From Harriotta raleighana (taxonomy: Eukaryota), in the NCBI GenBank assembly GCA_050575255.1, contig JBNZDD010013702.1, positions 2,703,907 to 2,767,906 of the forward strand: a stretch of 64,000 bases of DNA, read 5' to 3'. Below are positions 13,101 through 28,100 of the stretch, one piece after another. Made by a program: the position numbers and the translations under genes. Numbering within the stretch: position 1 is the stretch's first letter; every line of letters begins with the position of its first letter. Under the pieces are notes generated by a model, which saw nothing but the letters and a program-made list of their open reading frames with translations, had not been told where the DNA came from and ran no database searches.

Positions 13101-16100
13101 ATATACTGTGAAGCGCTTTGAGACGTCTCAAAGGTCTAATAGGTGCTGCATCAAATGGAAGGATTATTATGTAAAAGTTTTAAAACTAAAACGATCTTAC
13201 CTCATCTGCCAGGAAATGACAGATACGCTGTTGATCAAGAGTCAAAGTGACACCAAAGACCTGGCAGAGCAGTTGAGTCAGCGGTTGAAGGTGAAGGAAA
13301 AGATGCTGGAGGAAGCTTGGGCGGAGCAGAGGGACCTGAACTCCAAGCATGCGACAGAAGTTGAGGACTTGCTGAATCTTATCAGCAACAAAGATAATCT
13401 GTTTAAGGTGGGAAACTACGTTAGCTTAATAATTAATCATTTTTCGCATCATAATCTTCCCCTCCCTTCAAAAGTCACTCAATCCATGGCAGGGCAAAAC
13501 GTTGGGTAGGTTTCCTTCCTCAACACGCTTCTGTTTACTTAGGAGCAAGTAGGAACCTGCTTGTTAGTCGATTGGCGGATCACTTTTCTGGGGTAATGAT
13601 TCCCTAAAAATATCAGAATTTGGGCATTCAATTCACAACTGTTTGTGGGACGCTGCTGTGCTCAATCGGCAACCACATGCCTTCGTACCCGTTGCCTTCG
13701 CTCCTCTGGTTCTGGTCTCTTTAGTCCTCCAAATCCTCCGCTCCATCATCGGCGGCCGTGTCTTCAGCCACTATGCCCCGAAGCTCTGGAACTCCCTTCC
13801 TTACTCCCTTCGCCTCGCCCCCCTCTCTTAGTTTCAGGTCTCGGCTAAAGACTTTTCTTTTCCACTGCACTTTCGATCACCTTTTTCCCTTGGCCCTGGG
13901 TTCCGTTATTGTACAGCGCTCTGAGATGCCACCCTGCGTGGAGGGCGCTATATAAATCAAAGTTGTTGTTATTTACAGTAGAAGCACTTTTGAGACATCT
14001 TCACGACATTTTAAGGCCCTTCATCAAATGCAAGAATTATATCATATTAAACTTTTATACTGTTTTCGAGCAGCACTGTAAATGTCTATAAAATAATTCT
14101 GTAATCAATGGAGAATACTTTCAGCTAATGACATTTTTATAAAAAATTCCGATTTGTGTTTAGGAAGCGTCTGAACGTTATAATCGCAAGTTGACTGACT
14201 ACAATCGTGAGATCCAGGAATTGGAGCGGCAGCTTACTGAAAAAGGGCGAGACCTGTCGAGCTTGGTCAAGCACGATTCCATGCAAAACCAGGAGCAGAT
14301 CCTGGAAATGGCCCATCTTAAAGCTGCTTTGGATGAAAAAGATAAGATTATCAACGTGAGTATTAATTAATAGATCTCAAAATTGGTATTGCTACTTATC
14401 ACAACACTATTAATCCTCTTGTTATATCAGCCCTGAAAAATTCGAATCCGTATAATTAGTTACGGGGGGATCAATTTAAATGTGACACAAATTAGTTTGG
14501 CCGTCTTTTGTTTTTTCCCTCCTCCGACCTTGAACAAGTTTCTATTGTTGTACCGTTTGTGAGTAGGTTGCCTTCCACAGCCTACAGTCATTTTCAGAAA
14601 TTCTAGGTTTTTGAGGCTGATTTGGTTTTACGGCTCGCAAAAGGATTTTCCTGATTCCTTTCTCTCCCTCCCTCCCTATTTTCCAACACTAATCACGGCT
14701 TCTTATTCCAACAGAAACTGGTGCAGCGTGGGCAAGAGAACAATGAGTACTTTGCCCATCTGAAGGATCAAGGAACTCTGAATCCTCCACATGTTCTTGA
14801 GTTAAAACAAACCATCCAAATACTGCAAGAACAACTGGAAGAAAAAGATGGTAGGCAATGCGCAAACAATGCTGAGTGACTTAGCAAAAACTCCAAATCC
14901 ATGTTCATACCTCATTGAAGTCTTTTGATATTTTAAAGTTTTGCCCACAAATATACAGTCAATCAACTCCTGACCCCTGTGAAGCACTCTGAGATATTTC
15001 AAAGGCGCTGTATCAAATGCAGTGATTGTTATATTGTTACCTTTATTCTGTGATGACCTGGATTTTATTACATAGAATTTGTATTGTGAGTGTGTTGTAA
15101 GATACTGAATGGACCCATTGCTTTTATAGATGTCTTCCAAGCATATTAAGGTTTAATCTTTATCCTTATGACATTTGAAACCTATGGCAGCTAAATTTCA
15201 GCTTGGATTGTTTGTGAAAGCAGTGCTGAATGTAATGTGCAGTTGGGAGTATACATGACATCTAGTGGATCCATTTCAGAGTTCAGAGCTGTTAATGGAA
15301 ACCTAGTACAACCAGAATGGAAGCACTATTGATATAGACACTGCGTTGCTCTTTCTCCTGCCTCTTTACCCATCCATCCCCCATCCCGTCCCCTCTCCCT
15401 GAGAATTAACTAATTTATATATTTCTTCCACATTTCTAGCCAAATTAACTCAACACATGTCAGGGGAGGACGAGATTGTTGTCAAAACATCCCAAAGCAA
15501 GAAGGGTTTGATTGGCCTCAAAAAGGAGCTCGCTAAAAAGACAGAAGAGCTAAACAAGACTTTGAAGAAAGAAAACAAGGCTAAAGTAAGTGTGAGCACC
15601 GATCGGTAAAAGATACGATCGATAGTTGAATGCTTTTGAAATCAGTTCCCCGAACTCTTCCCTCTGCTGAATGAAAAGGCAACAGGTTTATTTTGCTAAA
15701 CTTTATTTTCACAGATGGAGGTGACTCGACTCCAATCTAATATTGATTGCCTGGACAAGCAGATTCAGGCACAGGTGGCAAATATCGAATCATTGTCTAA
15801 CACAATGCAGGTCAAGGATGAAATCATAATGGTAAGAGTTATTTATTTTTAGGGGCCTTTTGCTAAATAAAGAGTTATACTGAGTTGTATAATTCAGCCA
15901 GTGTATTAGTGTTTTACTGATATAGCAAGGGCAGAAATTATTATTATTGCCAGGCAATTTGTGCAAATTCCAGGACTCCAAATCTTAACAGAGACCGCAT
16001 ACTGTGGGGATTTGTACTTCCTTCAAGAAGTGAGATTGAATTGTCTTTGTTTCTTAAACTTGTTAAATGCACCTTTATTATCGCAGGGACTTCAAGCGAG

Positions 16101-19100
16101 ACTGAACGCCTCACCTGAGGTGAGGGAAGTGGAGCATTTTACAAGGGAAGTGATTGTGCTGAAGGAGGAGATTCAGAGACCAGACCACCCTCCAAGGGAA
16201 CGTACCATCATAGGGGCAGACAGCCAACAGATCTGTGCAAGTTAACATTGATACTCATTTGTGTGTTCATTGTTTCTAATCTATTTTGGTTTACTACAGT
16301 TAGGTGAACAGAAATGATCACTGTGTATCTTTCCTGCAGTGTGCCACGCCCACAGAAGATGAGCTGTCAAAAGACCCGTTGTACGAGGCACTAAAAGCAG
16401 AACAGCAGCTCTACTCCAGGCTAATCAAAGCAGTGAAGGAACCAGACAGGTAAACGATTTTTGTAAAAGCCAAACAAATGTTTTGTGAGCCCCTTTTTTC
16501 TCAACACCAAAGTTTCTCTTCTGAAAGCTGTTTCGATGATCTTTTCCACCTCCAACTTAGAGCAGTTCCGCAGACTCTCACCCTCGGCCAAGTTGCTTTT
16601 ATGTGTGAACCTTGATTGTGCCAGGCTCCTTAACTGTGGCTTGCATTTAACTGATCCTGTCCTCTCCCAACACCCACACTCTACTCTTGTATCTCGCCTG
16701 TGTAGGTGAATTCCTTTTAGCTCTATTCCTCTATCAACTTCTTTGATGTCATATGTGCTTTACGTGATTGACATCCCAGCTTGTGTTAGATACTCTGACA
16801 AGCCTGAGAATTATTTATACCTTGCGCATTTTTTCCCTCCACCCATGTAGTAACGTCAGATCTTTACTTTCTTCCTCGGGCACCGACTCTGGTGAACAAT
16901 CTCACAGCCACAGTCGTGTCCAAGCCTTGCAGATGGAGCTGACGGCTGTCCAGCTGTTGCGGCAGCAGCTTGAGGAAAGCATCCAGTCCAATCAAGACCT
17001 GCGGGAGAAGTTGGAAGAGCAAATCCAAGAGGCAACAAGAAAAGAAGGTGGGGCTCAAATGGAATTGTGATACCGTGCTTTGCATACTAATTCACGCGAA
17101 AGGACTCAACCACAACAACAACAACAACAAAATTACATTTATAGAGCGCCTTTCACGTTGGGCGGACGTCCCAAGGAGCTGAGTACTAAGCTTATGAGAA
17201 AGGTTTTTTCGAAACTAATAGCTGTGCGGTGACATTGAACAGAAAGAAGGGATTATGTGGTTTCAGGAGATGGAAATGTTTGTTGCATTTGTAATGGCCA
17301 TCCTCAGTGGTGTACAGTTACAGAAATTAACATTGTTCAGCTCTTTATGTAAGCGCATTTCTCTGTACCAATTCAACTGCGGTCGGTAGTCAATGGATAT
17401 ATCCTGTTTAATCTAATGACTGTATATTTACCTACTTAGTGCCTTGGGACGTCCTGCTGAAAGGCGTTATATAAATGCAATTTGGTTGTTGTTGAGTGTT
17501 TTTGGTTACATGTGTGGGAGGAGAGAGAAACCAAGAGATGGTAGAATTTTTAAAAATCTATTTGAAGCTGTTACCCACATGGCAAAATAATGTGTTTTGT
17601 TAGTCTTTAGATCAGTACAAATATTTGAGCAAAAAATAGGAGTGAGGCCACAATAAGAATTGCTCGCAAAATAAGAATAATTGCACTAGATCAAAGCTTA
17701 TACTGCCTGTTCGATGTATTGGGAACATATTTTATCTTGCATTACTTAAAATAAGTAATCTAAAATAACATCTCTCCTTGGTTGTATACATGGGTTGGGT
17801 CCATACATGGGTTGTGGTATATACATTTTAAATAACAATCCTTTCATTTGTTATAGAGCCTTATCACATCTTCGAGATGTAAGCGCATCACAAATATACT
17901 GGGAAATGAATTGACTATATTTTGTATGCAAAAAGCCCCAGCCAATTGCACACAGCGGTGTCCCACACTCGTGGATATAGTGACCCAATTATTTCATTTT
18001 TGTTCACTCAAACCACACTGTTTATGGGACACTGCTATGGATTGATTGTCCAAATTATAAATGCAACAGAGCAAGATATGTTTAGGAAAGTACTTAACAT
18101 GGAACAAGGAAGTAAGGCATGTTTGTGTCTGATTTTTCATTAGTTAAGTAAAAATGTATCATCCGATTTCTAGTTTTCAACATTCTTTTGCAGTGAATCT
18201 GTAGAGAGATGTTTTGCATTTCTAGCTGAGTATACTTGAGTTTTACAACCACAAGGTATGCAGTATTTTAAGAGTGCATGGCTAGAAGCAACAATTTTAA
18301 AAAAAAATACATAACTAAGCTTAAGGAACATAAACTGAATTCATTTTCATAATTTAGAGGTGGCCATAATGACATTGGCATTTGGTCTAATCCAGACTAG
18401 ATCGTTATCTAGACCCTGGAATTTTAAGATCTTGTTGCCACTCACAAAATACAGTCAATTCGCTTTTTAGTATATTCTGACATATTTGAGACATCGCGAA
18501 GATGTGATAAGACACTATACCAAATGCAAGGATTATTATTATTTTTCACATGTGTCCAGATATTTTTGTACTCATTGTTGAAGTAAATTTGCACGTTAGG
18601 CCGATGGGGAAACTAGTATCAGGTCAGACTGGGTTTGAGTTTAATTGGCCAAGTTTTGGGTGAACAGCACTTTGGTGTTAATGTCAGTTGGGAGACTGAC
18701 TTTAATCGTAACAATTAGTGCAATTCCCATCTAATACATTGACGAAATGGCAGTCAGTTTATTTCATCATGAATTTGCTATTGAAGTAGCTGTTTAATCC
18801 TGCCCTCAGCATGCAATGTTAATCCTGGCATAAGCACGTTTTTTATGTATTAATATATTTGTCTTTCTGAATTGTCTCGTTTGCTTCTTTAATACATTTT
18901 CTCCTTGCACAAATCAAAGCTCAGAAATCGATCCCAACAATTCGTATGGATATTTCTAAGGCTGAAAGCCAGTCTAAAACCTAAAAGCACATCAGTCGTG
19001 ATTGTGGTCAGCGCAAGCCAATTCAGCCGGTTGTTAAAATAACTAGTTATTAAAACAACTAGTTTAAACAGTGTGTCCCAGGCCGACAAATAAGAAAGGC

Positions 19101-22100
19101 ATGTTTACCTGGGAACGAAGGTCTTTCAATTTGAGCTGCTAAAAATATTGTTGGTTTTCTTTTTTTAAAAAAAAAACCTCAATGATTTTTAAAAGAGAGA
19201 ATTAGGTTAACATTTCAGAGCTTTGAATTAAAAATCTAACAAGTTACCTTTTCCTTTGTTTTCACTCCTACTATTGTAAGTGCATTGTCTATAATGCTGT
19301 AGATTCCTATTAGTTTTCAAACCAAGAGAAAATAAACCTTTCAGTGGCCATCGAGTCAGCATTGAGTAACATTAGAATGTTTGTTTCCCAGCAATTGGCT
19401 TTTTCTTCTCTTTTTGCCCCACCTTAAAACATAAACATTTCTATTTTCACTATTTTTCCCTTCCTTCGTTAAAGGAAACTGCACTCTGTAGGTTAATGCT
19501 ATTGTTTGCTGGTTGCGATGGCAACTATGCGCTGGTTTGGCTTTAAATATTTGTAAAAAAAATTATTGCATGTATACACTTTGTGGAGGGGGCAGCTGAA
19601 TAAAGTAAAGCAAACTGCTTGCATAACAAATTTAACATGCTTTGCATTCAGCTGACACAACAAACTGATACACTCCACCAGTTTGTGGTGGTGAAGTGCA
19701 GACAAACACAGTTTTCTTTCTCTTTTGCTCTTAACTCTTAAACTCCCATACTTAGCTGATCTTGCCCAGCCAGAAAAGCTTCCAATGCTGCCAGTGCCAA
19801 TGAGTCAGTCCAAGTTCTATGGTAATGAGGTTAGGTCCTCACATTTGCTGCGTCTGACGACCCAGCTGAGATTAACTGGGCTATCTGTTCTATAGGCTAT
19901 TGTAAATTAGCCCGGTTCCACCATCAGTTATTAAACATTGAACAATTTTAATTCCAGTGCTACTACCATTGTTTATATCACAGTAACATTAGTCTTCTAA
20001 TATTTCATGCTGCGCCAATAATAATAATCCTTGCAATTGATATAGAGCTGTATCACCTTGTGAAGACGTCTGTAAAGTGAATTGACTGTATATTTTGTGG
20101 GTGAAATGCGGCAGCCAATTGTGTAATGAGAAGACATAGGCCACGCTTACAGCACGCACCGCTTCTATTGCTTCTTTCAATATTAGTTTGTGGCATTGCT
20201 ATTCTGTCATCATTAAAAATCCTAGTCTCAGAAGAGAGGAATTGGAAAGATCACTTTGCCATGGGACACCATCTATTCTCATGGTATTATCGTAGTCAGA
20301 CAATTCTATCAAGGGGTCACTTTGGGAGCAGAAAACATTTGAGATGTAGATTTTGGGGGAGGACGGGTTTGCTCGGTTATGGGGAGAGAGTTGAGGAGTG
20401 GGATTAAATTGCTCTTTTTAAAGAGCCGGCACAGACTCATTGGTCCGAATGGCCTCCTTTTTGTAAGATATAAGATCGTAAGATTCTATGTTTTATTAAG
20501 ACAACAGGACTTCAAGAGCAGTAAAGAAATAGAGCAATAAATCATAATCACTCAATGTGGGGTTTAAATAGCAGTGAAAATATCAGAATTTTGGTTAGGC
20601 TGCAGTAAAATACTGGGACTATCACCCCAAACCTGTCCTGTTTGTGGGATCGCTTCTGCTTCAGGCAGCAGCCAGCTGCTCAAAAACAAGAACCAACATT
20701 TCAGATGTAATTTTATTTTGATTAAAATAGGAAATTATTTTGAATTATATCAAAAAAAAGTTTGAAGCACTGTTCTGCCATATTTTTATAACTATAAATT
20801 GTATTGAAATTAAATTTGCATGCCGTTAGCCATGGTATGTTCTATATAGTTCCTCAAACCTAGACGTTGAGAATTCTATTTGACATTTTCCTAAAGTACA
20901 GTTAACCCTTGTCGAAGGCGACTTTATCGATTGCAAATTCAAGTATATGTGATGAACAAAAGCATCACTTGTGTTTCCGCACTGGCTGGCCCCCGCTCGC
21001 ATGCGCACGGGTGAAGCCACCGATAGCTCCCGACTAAATCCATTGATTCCTCGGCTGGCTGGTCCCACGCGCATGCGCATTTTTGACGAGACCAGCAGAT
21101 CCGGACTATTGCCGAAGCCCCCGGCGCAATGCATTCTGGGTAAATAGAATAACGCGTCGACGTCGGAGAATTTATTGCATTGCATGGTAAACAGAAGAGA
21201 CAGAGAGAGAGACAGGAATTGTACAGCAATGTAGGCTAATTACCCTGTTGTTTTATTGCTTTTTTTTATTGCTTTATTGCTTTTATCACTTTATTATAGC
21301 AATAAAGCGATAACAAAGCTGCTGTAACCTTTCTGTGTCTCCCGTCGTCAGCACTCTGCCTTCCGAGCGGCTGGCCCCCCATCCTGCCTCTGATCAGCTC
21401 TCTCTCCCGCACCTCCCTGAGTCCCCCCCGCCTCCAAGTGGCTCCCTCCCCCGCACCTCCATGAATCCCCACCCCGCTTCCAATCTGCTCTCTCCCCTGC
21501 GCCCCGAGCAGTTCTCTGTTCCCTCCCCCACCTGCCTGCCTGCCGCTCTCCCCAATTTCTCTCTGCCTCCCTCCCAGGCTGCCCTGATTTGCCCACTTCC
21601 TGGGTGATAGAGACGAGAGCAGGAAGAGTGGGGGGGAAGTAACAAGAGTGGGGAGAGGTAGGCGGAGCGAGGAGTGGGCCAGCCAGCTGTAGCCCGCCTC
21701 AGTAGGTACCTTGCATTGGATGTGTTGGAGGCTTGATGTGGGTAGCCTGCGACTGGATTCCCCTAACCCCTCTTTTCCCATTACTTCTTAAGATTGTCCA
21801 ACGCGATTTCGTTGAGTGCGCAGTTTTCCAGGAATGTAACCAGCACGATCGACGAGGGTTAACTGCATTGTTACTCTATATCAAAATGCCACTTGTTATT
21901 AAAATCAAAACATTTCAGTTTGGGAAATCAATCCGAAAGGGTTGCCTTTCCAGTGGCAAAGTATTGGGTCTTGAATTTGGATCTTTTGCAACTTTTAAAA
22001 TGCATTGGTCTGCTTTGGCCTCTCATTAGCAGGGAAACAATAAATTCACTTTACAGCATATTCCGTGATGTACTTTGAGATGTCTCGAGAAGAAGTGATA

Positions 22101-25100
22101 CAGCGTTATATGAACTGCAAAGATTTATAATTATTACTAAGATGAGAGAAGTTATTATCTGCCAAGGAGGATGTGTTCATTCATTTGGTATTGAAATACT
22201 ATTTGTGGAGTACTCTTAATGTTGGTTATGGAACAGTCCCTTGCTTTATTTAGCCTGTCTGAAAGAGGAAACCATCACAGGATATGAATAAGAGGAAATG
22301 AAGCATGTTACACTTAAATTACTTGTATAGTAATAATAATAATCCTTGCATTTGCTATAACGCTTTCACGTCTTCTTGACATCTCAAAGCGCTTCACAAC
22401 ATATACTGATAAAAGTGAATTGACTATGTTTTATGGGTGATCCTAACAGCCAATTGCGCACAGCACTGTCCCCACAATCAGTCATGGATTGAAATGACCA
22501 ATTATTGTGTTTTTTTTGAGGGATTATTATTAGGCAGGTGGAGTAACTAAACCTTGCCCAAGGTTTTGCCCTGATCTGCTTGGATTTGAACACAGATCTC
22601 ACGCTTGCAAGACAAGTGCTCTAATTGCTGAGCTGCAGGACTCCACAATGTCAAGTATCCATCGATTTTGGTCTATCTAGCCTAAGCATCCAATTCCTCA
22701 CAAGATTGCTGGGATGTAATCTATACTTAAATCCAAACCTGTCGAGTTTCATTTTGAAAACCACTTTTTATTGTTCCACCACCTGTGCCAGCGGTGTGTA
22801 CCACGTGCCTAATACCACTTTATTAAAACAAGTGTCTCCTGCATTAAACAATGCAGGTGGTACTGGGTTATATTTTCTCATTGCTACACTGGTACAATTT
22901 CGAACTCGCAAAATAACTATATTTCTTAAGGAGTCAGGAGTGAGCATTGGCTCTGAATTGGTGGGCCATTTTGCCCTGAGTAAGTAAGGCTATGGGTGGC
23001 CATAAACAGCACTGGACAAACTGCTGAGCTGATTTTCAATTTAATATACTGTGTGTTATACAATTGATTCACTTTATAGTATATTCTGAAGAGCTGTGAG
23101 ACATCTCAAAGACATGATAAGGCGCAAAATCAACTGTAAGGACAAGGATTATTATTACCATTTCATTCAAAGGAATGTGGCTGAAATAAAAGATGAAACC
23201 ACAACAAAAGCAATGAAATGTAGGGCAAATTTTAAACTAGAATGTCACTTAAATCACCTCTGTGCCCCAAATGAGCTCAACCTAACCTCATAGCTCACTT
23301 GAATAACTGAACAATGAGTTCCTCTACTAGATTCTGCCTTTAGTGGCTGGGTGATTGCAGATGTACGTTGTAGGCATTGGTAATGAATTAATTATCTCTA
23401 CTCATTAATTTCAGAGGGAGAGAGACCTCCAGGATTATGCCAAAATATAATTAAAGTCCTGTGGAAAAGATACTGCAATGAAATTTTCCTGAAAAATGCC
23501 TTATTTTTAGTTTGATCTCCACTCCCAGCGTACTCTCTCAGCAACCTTTCCACTGCAATAAACCTGCCAGAGCTGCACACCAGGCAGAAAACGTCTACAT
23601 CATTCACTTAGTGATTGTTTCACCCAGAAAATATACAGTCAATTCACTTTACAGTATATCTTATGAAGCGTTTTGAGATGTATCGGAAGGTGTGATAAAG
23701 GCAGTATTTCAGAGCTCTTGAATAATACGCTAATGTTTATCCTGATTTCAAACTGGTCCATTCATTCACTTTTTTCCTTTGACTGTGTTTTACAACCAGG
23801 AACATGTTTTGCTTAGATTTTCTTCTACATTGACTTTAATAAAAATGTAAAAATCTTCACTATTATCTTCAGCCACCACGCCCAAGCTGCACGAGGCTAA
23901 CCTGAGAGAAATCGAGGCATTGAGGCACAAATTGGAAGACTCCCAGCGATGGAATACATCGTTGCACACTCGCTTTGGGCAAATGCGGAAGAGAGGAGGT
24001 GGAGTGGGGGCAGCCAATGATTCTGGTATGTCGTAACCTTTCAATTGAGATACAGGTCACCTGCAGAGCAGCTTCAGAACTCTTTGCCTCGCTCCCGGCA
24101 CTTGCCTCCTTCAAGGCACGTCTCAAGACCCTCTTTATCCATCATGTGTTCAGTCACCCTCCCTTTCCCCCTTCCACTGCTCGGATCCAAATGCCGGACT
24201 GCCCAACGCCTCGGGACGTCCACCCGACATGACGGGCAACACAAGTGTAATTTTGTGTTGTATATATTTTTATGTTAACGGGTGTGCTGTGATAATGTAG
24301 TTTGGTGTAGATGTGTCAGCTTAGCTCAGTGGGTGCACCCTCAGAAGGGACTCAGACTTGCATGGTCTAAGCTGACACTCCAATGCAGTACTAACTGTTT
24401 TTCAGGTGACACTGTTACAACTTATGGAGACCAGACCTCGTATTTGAGTATTTGTCTGGGAGAGTACGATAGCCTGGACCAGGAGATAGCAAAGCTTTCC
24501 CTGATAGAACTCAGGCAGATGGTAAGATTGGCTTTTCATTTCCTTTCTCCCTCGTTCGCACCCCCACCACCATGTAGAAGCTTGAGTTCAATTAGATTTT
24601 GTGCAGACATGTGGCTTACTTCAATATGGCAGACAAACCACTGATTGTTGGTGACTTTTTTTAAATGCTCAGGTTATTGACCTTCAGATGATTGTGAAAG
24701 AATTGCAAATGGCTAACCAGGAAGTCCGAGAACAGGAAGTTTTGTCAGAGCGTTCTATACTGGGCTCTGAAACCCAAGAAAACATGGATCCATCAGCGAT
24801 GGCAGCGCAGATAAATGTAAGGAAAGAGCTCTGATTTTTGGGCTGGCGAGTGGAGTTCACAATTGTGCCCTGTTTCTAATTATTTAAATTATATTTTACC
24901 TCCAGTGTTTTGCACAGATACTAAACCAATATAGACCTTGGTATGCACTATAGGTTACTTGAATGTATGGACATTCGTCCAGAAAATATAATTTATAACA
25001 TGGAGATGAGTGGTGGTTTAATTTCCAAATACTGCGTATTTAGATGTTAGTGGCATTTAAAAAGGATAGGTTTTATTGATTGTGCTGATCTAGCCATCTA

Positions 25101-28100
25101 GTTCTACGATTGCCAGGTTACACTTATTGTCAATAGAACAAATATCCACAATTATTGATGTCTGTAATGGTGTCTTTAAGCCTTCTGTATGAAGTGAAAC
25201 ATTTTTAAGAATACCCTGACTTTAACAACTTCAGACCTGAAAAATCTGTTCATTACCTTTTTGTTCCAGGTCTTTTGTAATCCATTTTACATCCAAGACA
25301 CGTCTTCATTATGTTTCACTTGTATATATTGTTTTCATACGCCCAGTTTTTTTTGTTCATACTCATTTTTTAAAATCTCATCCCGCTCCATGTCTCATAT
25401 AGTTCCTTGAACAGAAGCTGGAAGAGTCAGTGAAAACCACCACACATCTTCAGGAACAGCTACAAACCCTTAACCAAGCAAATTCTGGGAATAAAGGAAT
25501 GGTAGGACTTCTTCCCTCCTATATCCATATAGGCTTGGTGTAATTGCTTTATTATAATAATAATAATTGTTGGATTTGATGCAGCACCTTATCACATCAT
25601 CAAGATGTCTCAAAAGAGCTTCACAGAATATACTCTAAAAATAATAATGCTTGCATTTGATATAGTGCTTTTCACATCTTATCGACTTCCCAAAACATTT
25701 CACAGAATATACTGTAAAGTGAATTGACTGTATCTTTGTGGGCGGAACGCGGCAGCCAATTGTGCACAGCAGTGTCCCCACAAACAGTCATGGATTGAAA
25801 TGACCAATTTTATTATTGTGGTTTTTTTGGAGGAATTATTATTAGGCTTGTGGAGTAAGGTTTGCCCAAGGTTTCGCCCTAATCTGCCTGGATTTGAACA
25901 CAGGTCTCAGGCTTGTAAGGCGAGTGCTCTAACCACTGAGCCACAGGAGCTCATGTGAATTGACTGTATATTATGTGGACGAAACGTGGCAGCTGTTTGT
26001 GCACAGTCGCGGATTGAGTGACTACTATTTGGAGAAATTATTAGCCCCCAGAAAGCTACTAACAAGCGGGTTCCTATATACTGCTATGTAAACAGAGGTG
26101 CATGTGTGGAGACATGCACATGTCTTGCCTAAGAAATCAAACCCAGTTCCTTTAATTCTTTGTTCCTGGATAGCTTTTGTTCCTCGTATTAATACACATT
26201 TGTAATTTTACAAACATATCTGATTATAGTGCGTGAACAAAACTGATCAGTTGTATAATTCTAGCACGTAGACCTTTCAACACCTGAGATATACCTGCTT
26301 ATTCCATTTAACTTGTGTATACTTTAATTGTTAAACTTTCTGACCAATGTTCAAATATGAAATTTGGGCAGATTTAAGGGTTTGTGGTTATACTGATTGT
26401 TTTGTCCTCTGGTACACTTAAAGTATTCCCGAAACTTTAGCACTTTGTAAGCTATTGCGCAGCCTATCACTGAATATCATGTTTTTGTCTTACAAAGCAG
26501 ACGGTGTCTAAAGTGGACAAAAGTATGCAGACATCCCCTGAAATTCCGCTGGTGTCAGAGTCTGTGCCAGGACAGCATTCCTCCCTCCATGCCCGACTAC
26601 CAGCAACTGGGAAGTCTCAGGAGTTGCCTGCCTCCAGGTCTCGGTCAGATAGTGCGGCTAGTATGGCTCAGACGGCGGACCTGGTTTTGGAGGAGCTGAC
26701 CAGGATTAGACAGGAATTGGTGGACATGTCTAGACAGCTGCAGGATGTGACCAGACAACTGCAAGATGTGACCAGACAGCTGCAGATGACACAAGATCAG
26801 CTGCAAGAATGCGAGGCTGAGAGGCACAACCTGGAGCAGGAGGTGGAACTCATGAGGTCTTTGCTGAATGAGAATGGTGTATTATCAGTTGCTGAGCTCA
26901 GGTACGTACAAAGGCTTTAATTACACCCACCCCTGGAGCATTCTCTTATCTACTTATCTTATATATTGACGCCAACTTGCTAGGTAGTGAGCAAATAGGC
27001 TTGTTCAGCTCAATCATCATGGAGTCTATCAAAAAATAGACCTTAGGTTTCTAGGTGAGTTCACCTGCCTGTTGAAGTTAAATGGTTAAGACAGTGGTTA
27101 CTATATTGACCTTCACAGAGCGCTTTATAGTTAGCACCTTGCACAGATCTGGGCTTTTGATTGATCCCGTTCATTCATAATCATGTCAATTCCCAATATT
27201 CAGACCGTCAACCTGTCTGCTGTTAATGGATTTATTTATAAAACTTTTGTTACAGGACAGAAATTGGCAGGTTGAGAAGTGAAATGACTGTCCTGCGCGA
27301 TGGGCTTGGTGAGAACATGCCCGAGGAAGAAAATGGCGACCAAGATGAAAAGACTGAAGCTGACCTGAGGGAGATGGTTACGGAGTTGAGGGTTAAGCTC
27401 AACAACAGCAAAAGGCTTAATGACATCCTCAAACAGCAAGTGGAGCTTAACTCTTCCACAGAGGGCGAGAACGGTTTTAACCCTGAGTTGATTGTAAACA
27501 TGGCAATGGAAATAGAACATCTGAAAGCTGAACTGGAATCTGCCAAACAAAAACCAGTGAATGTGGATGGGCGATCTGCTGAAATGAAGAGGAAAGCAGT
27601 TCCGCAATCAAAGCTGCCACGGTCAAAGTCTTTGGAGTTGAGGAAGCAACAGCCAAAGAAGACCGAAGGGATCTCTGATGGATCTGTTCGATCTGACAGC
27701 CCTGTCTCTGCAACAGTAGGTTCTGTGCTTTTTGTTTGTTAAGATGATGCACAAAATATAGCACAGAGATTAATGATATGGCATAGATTATAGGCAGACT
27801 TGCTTTTCTACCGCAGGTGATTAAGTGTTTGCATCAAAGTCCTGCATTTTGTTTTTTTGCAACAGTAACCCAATACAGGGATGTTTTAAAAAAAAACACC
27901 ACAATGATAAAATTGGTCATTTCAATTCACAGCTGTTTGTGGGACACTGCTGTGCGCAATTCGCTGCTGCGTTTCACCCAAGTCAATTCACCTTACAGTA
28001 TATTTATTCTGTGAAGCGCTATAAGATGTCTAGATGACGTGAAAAGCTCTGTATCACATGCAAGGATTATTATTATTTATTAGCGGCTTTCCATTGTCTC

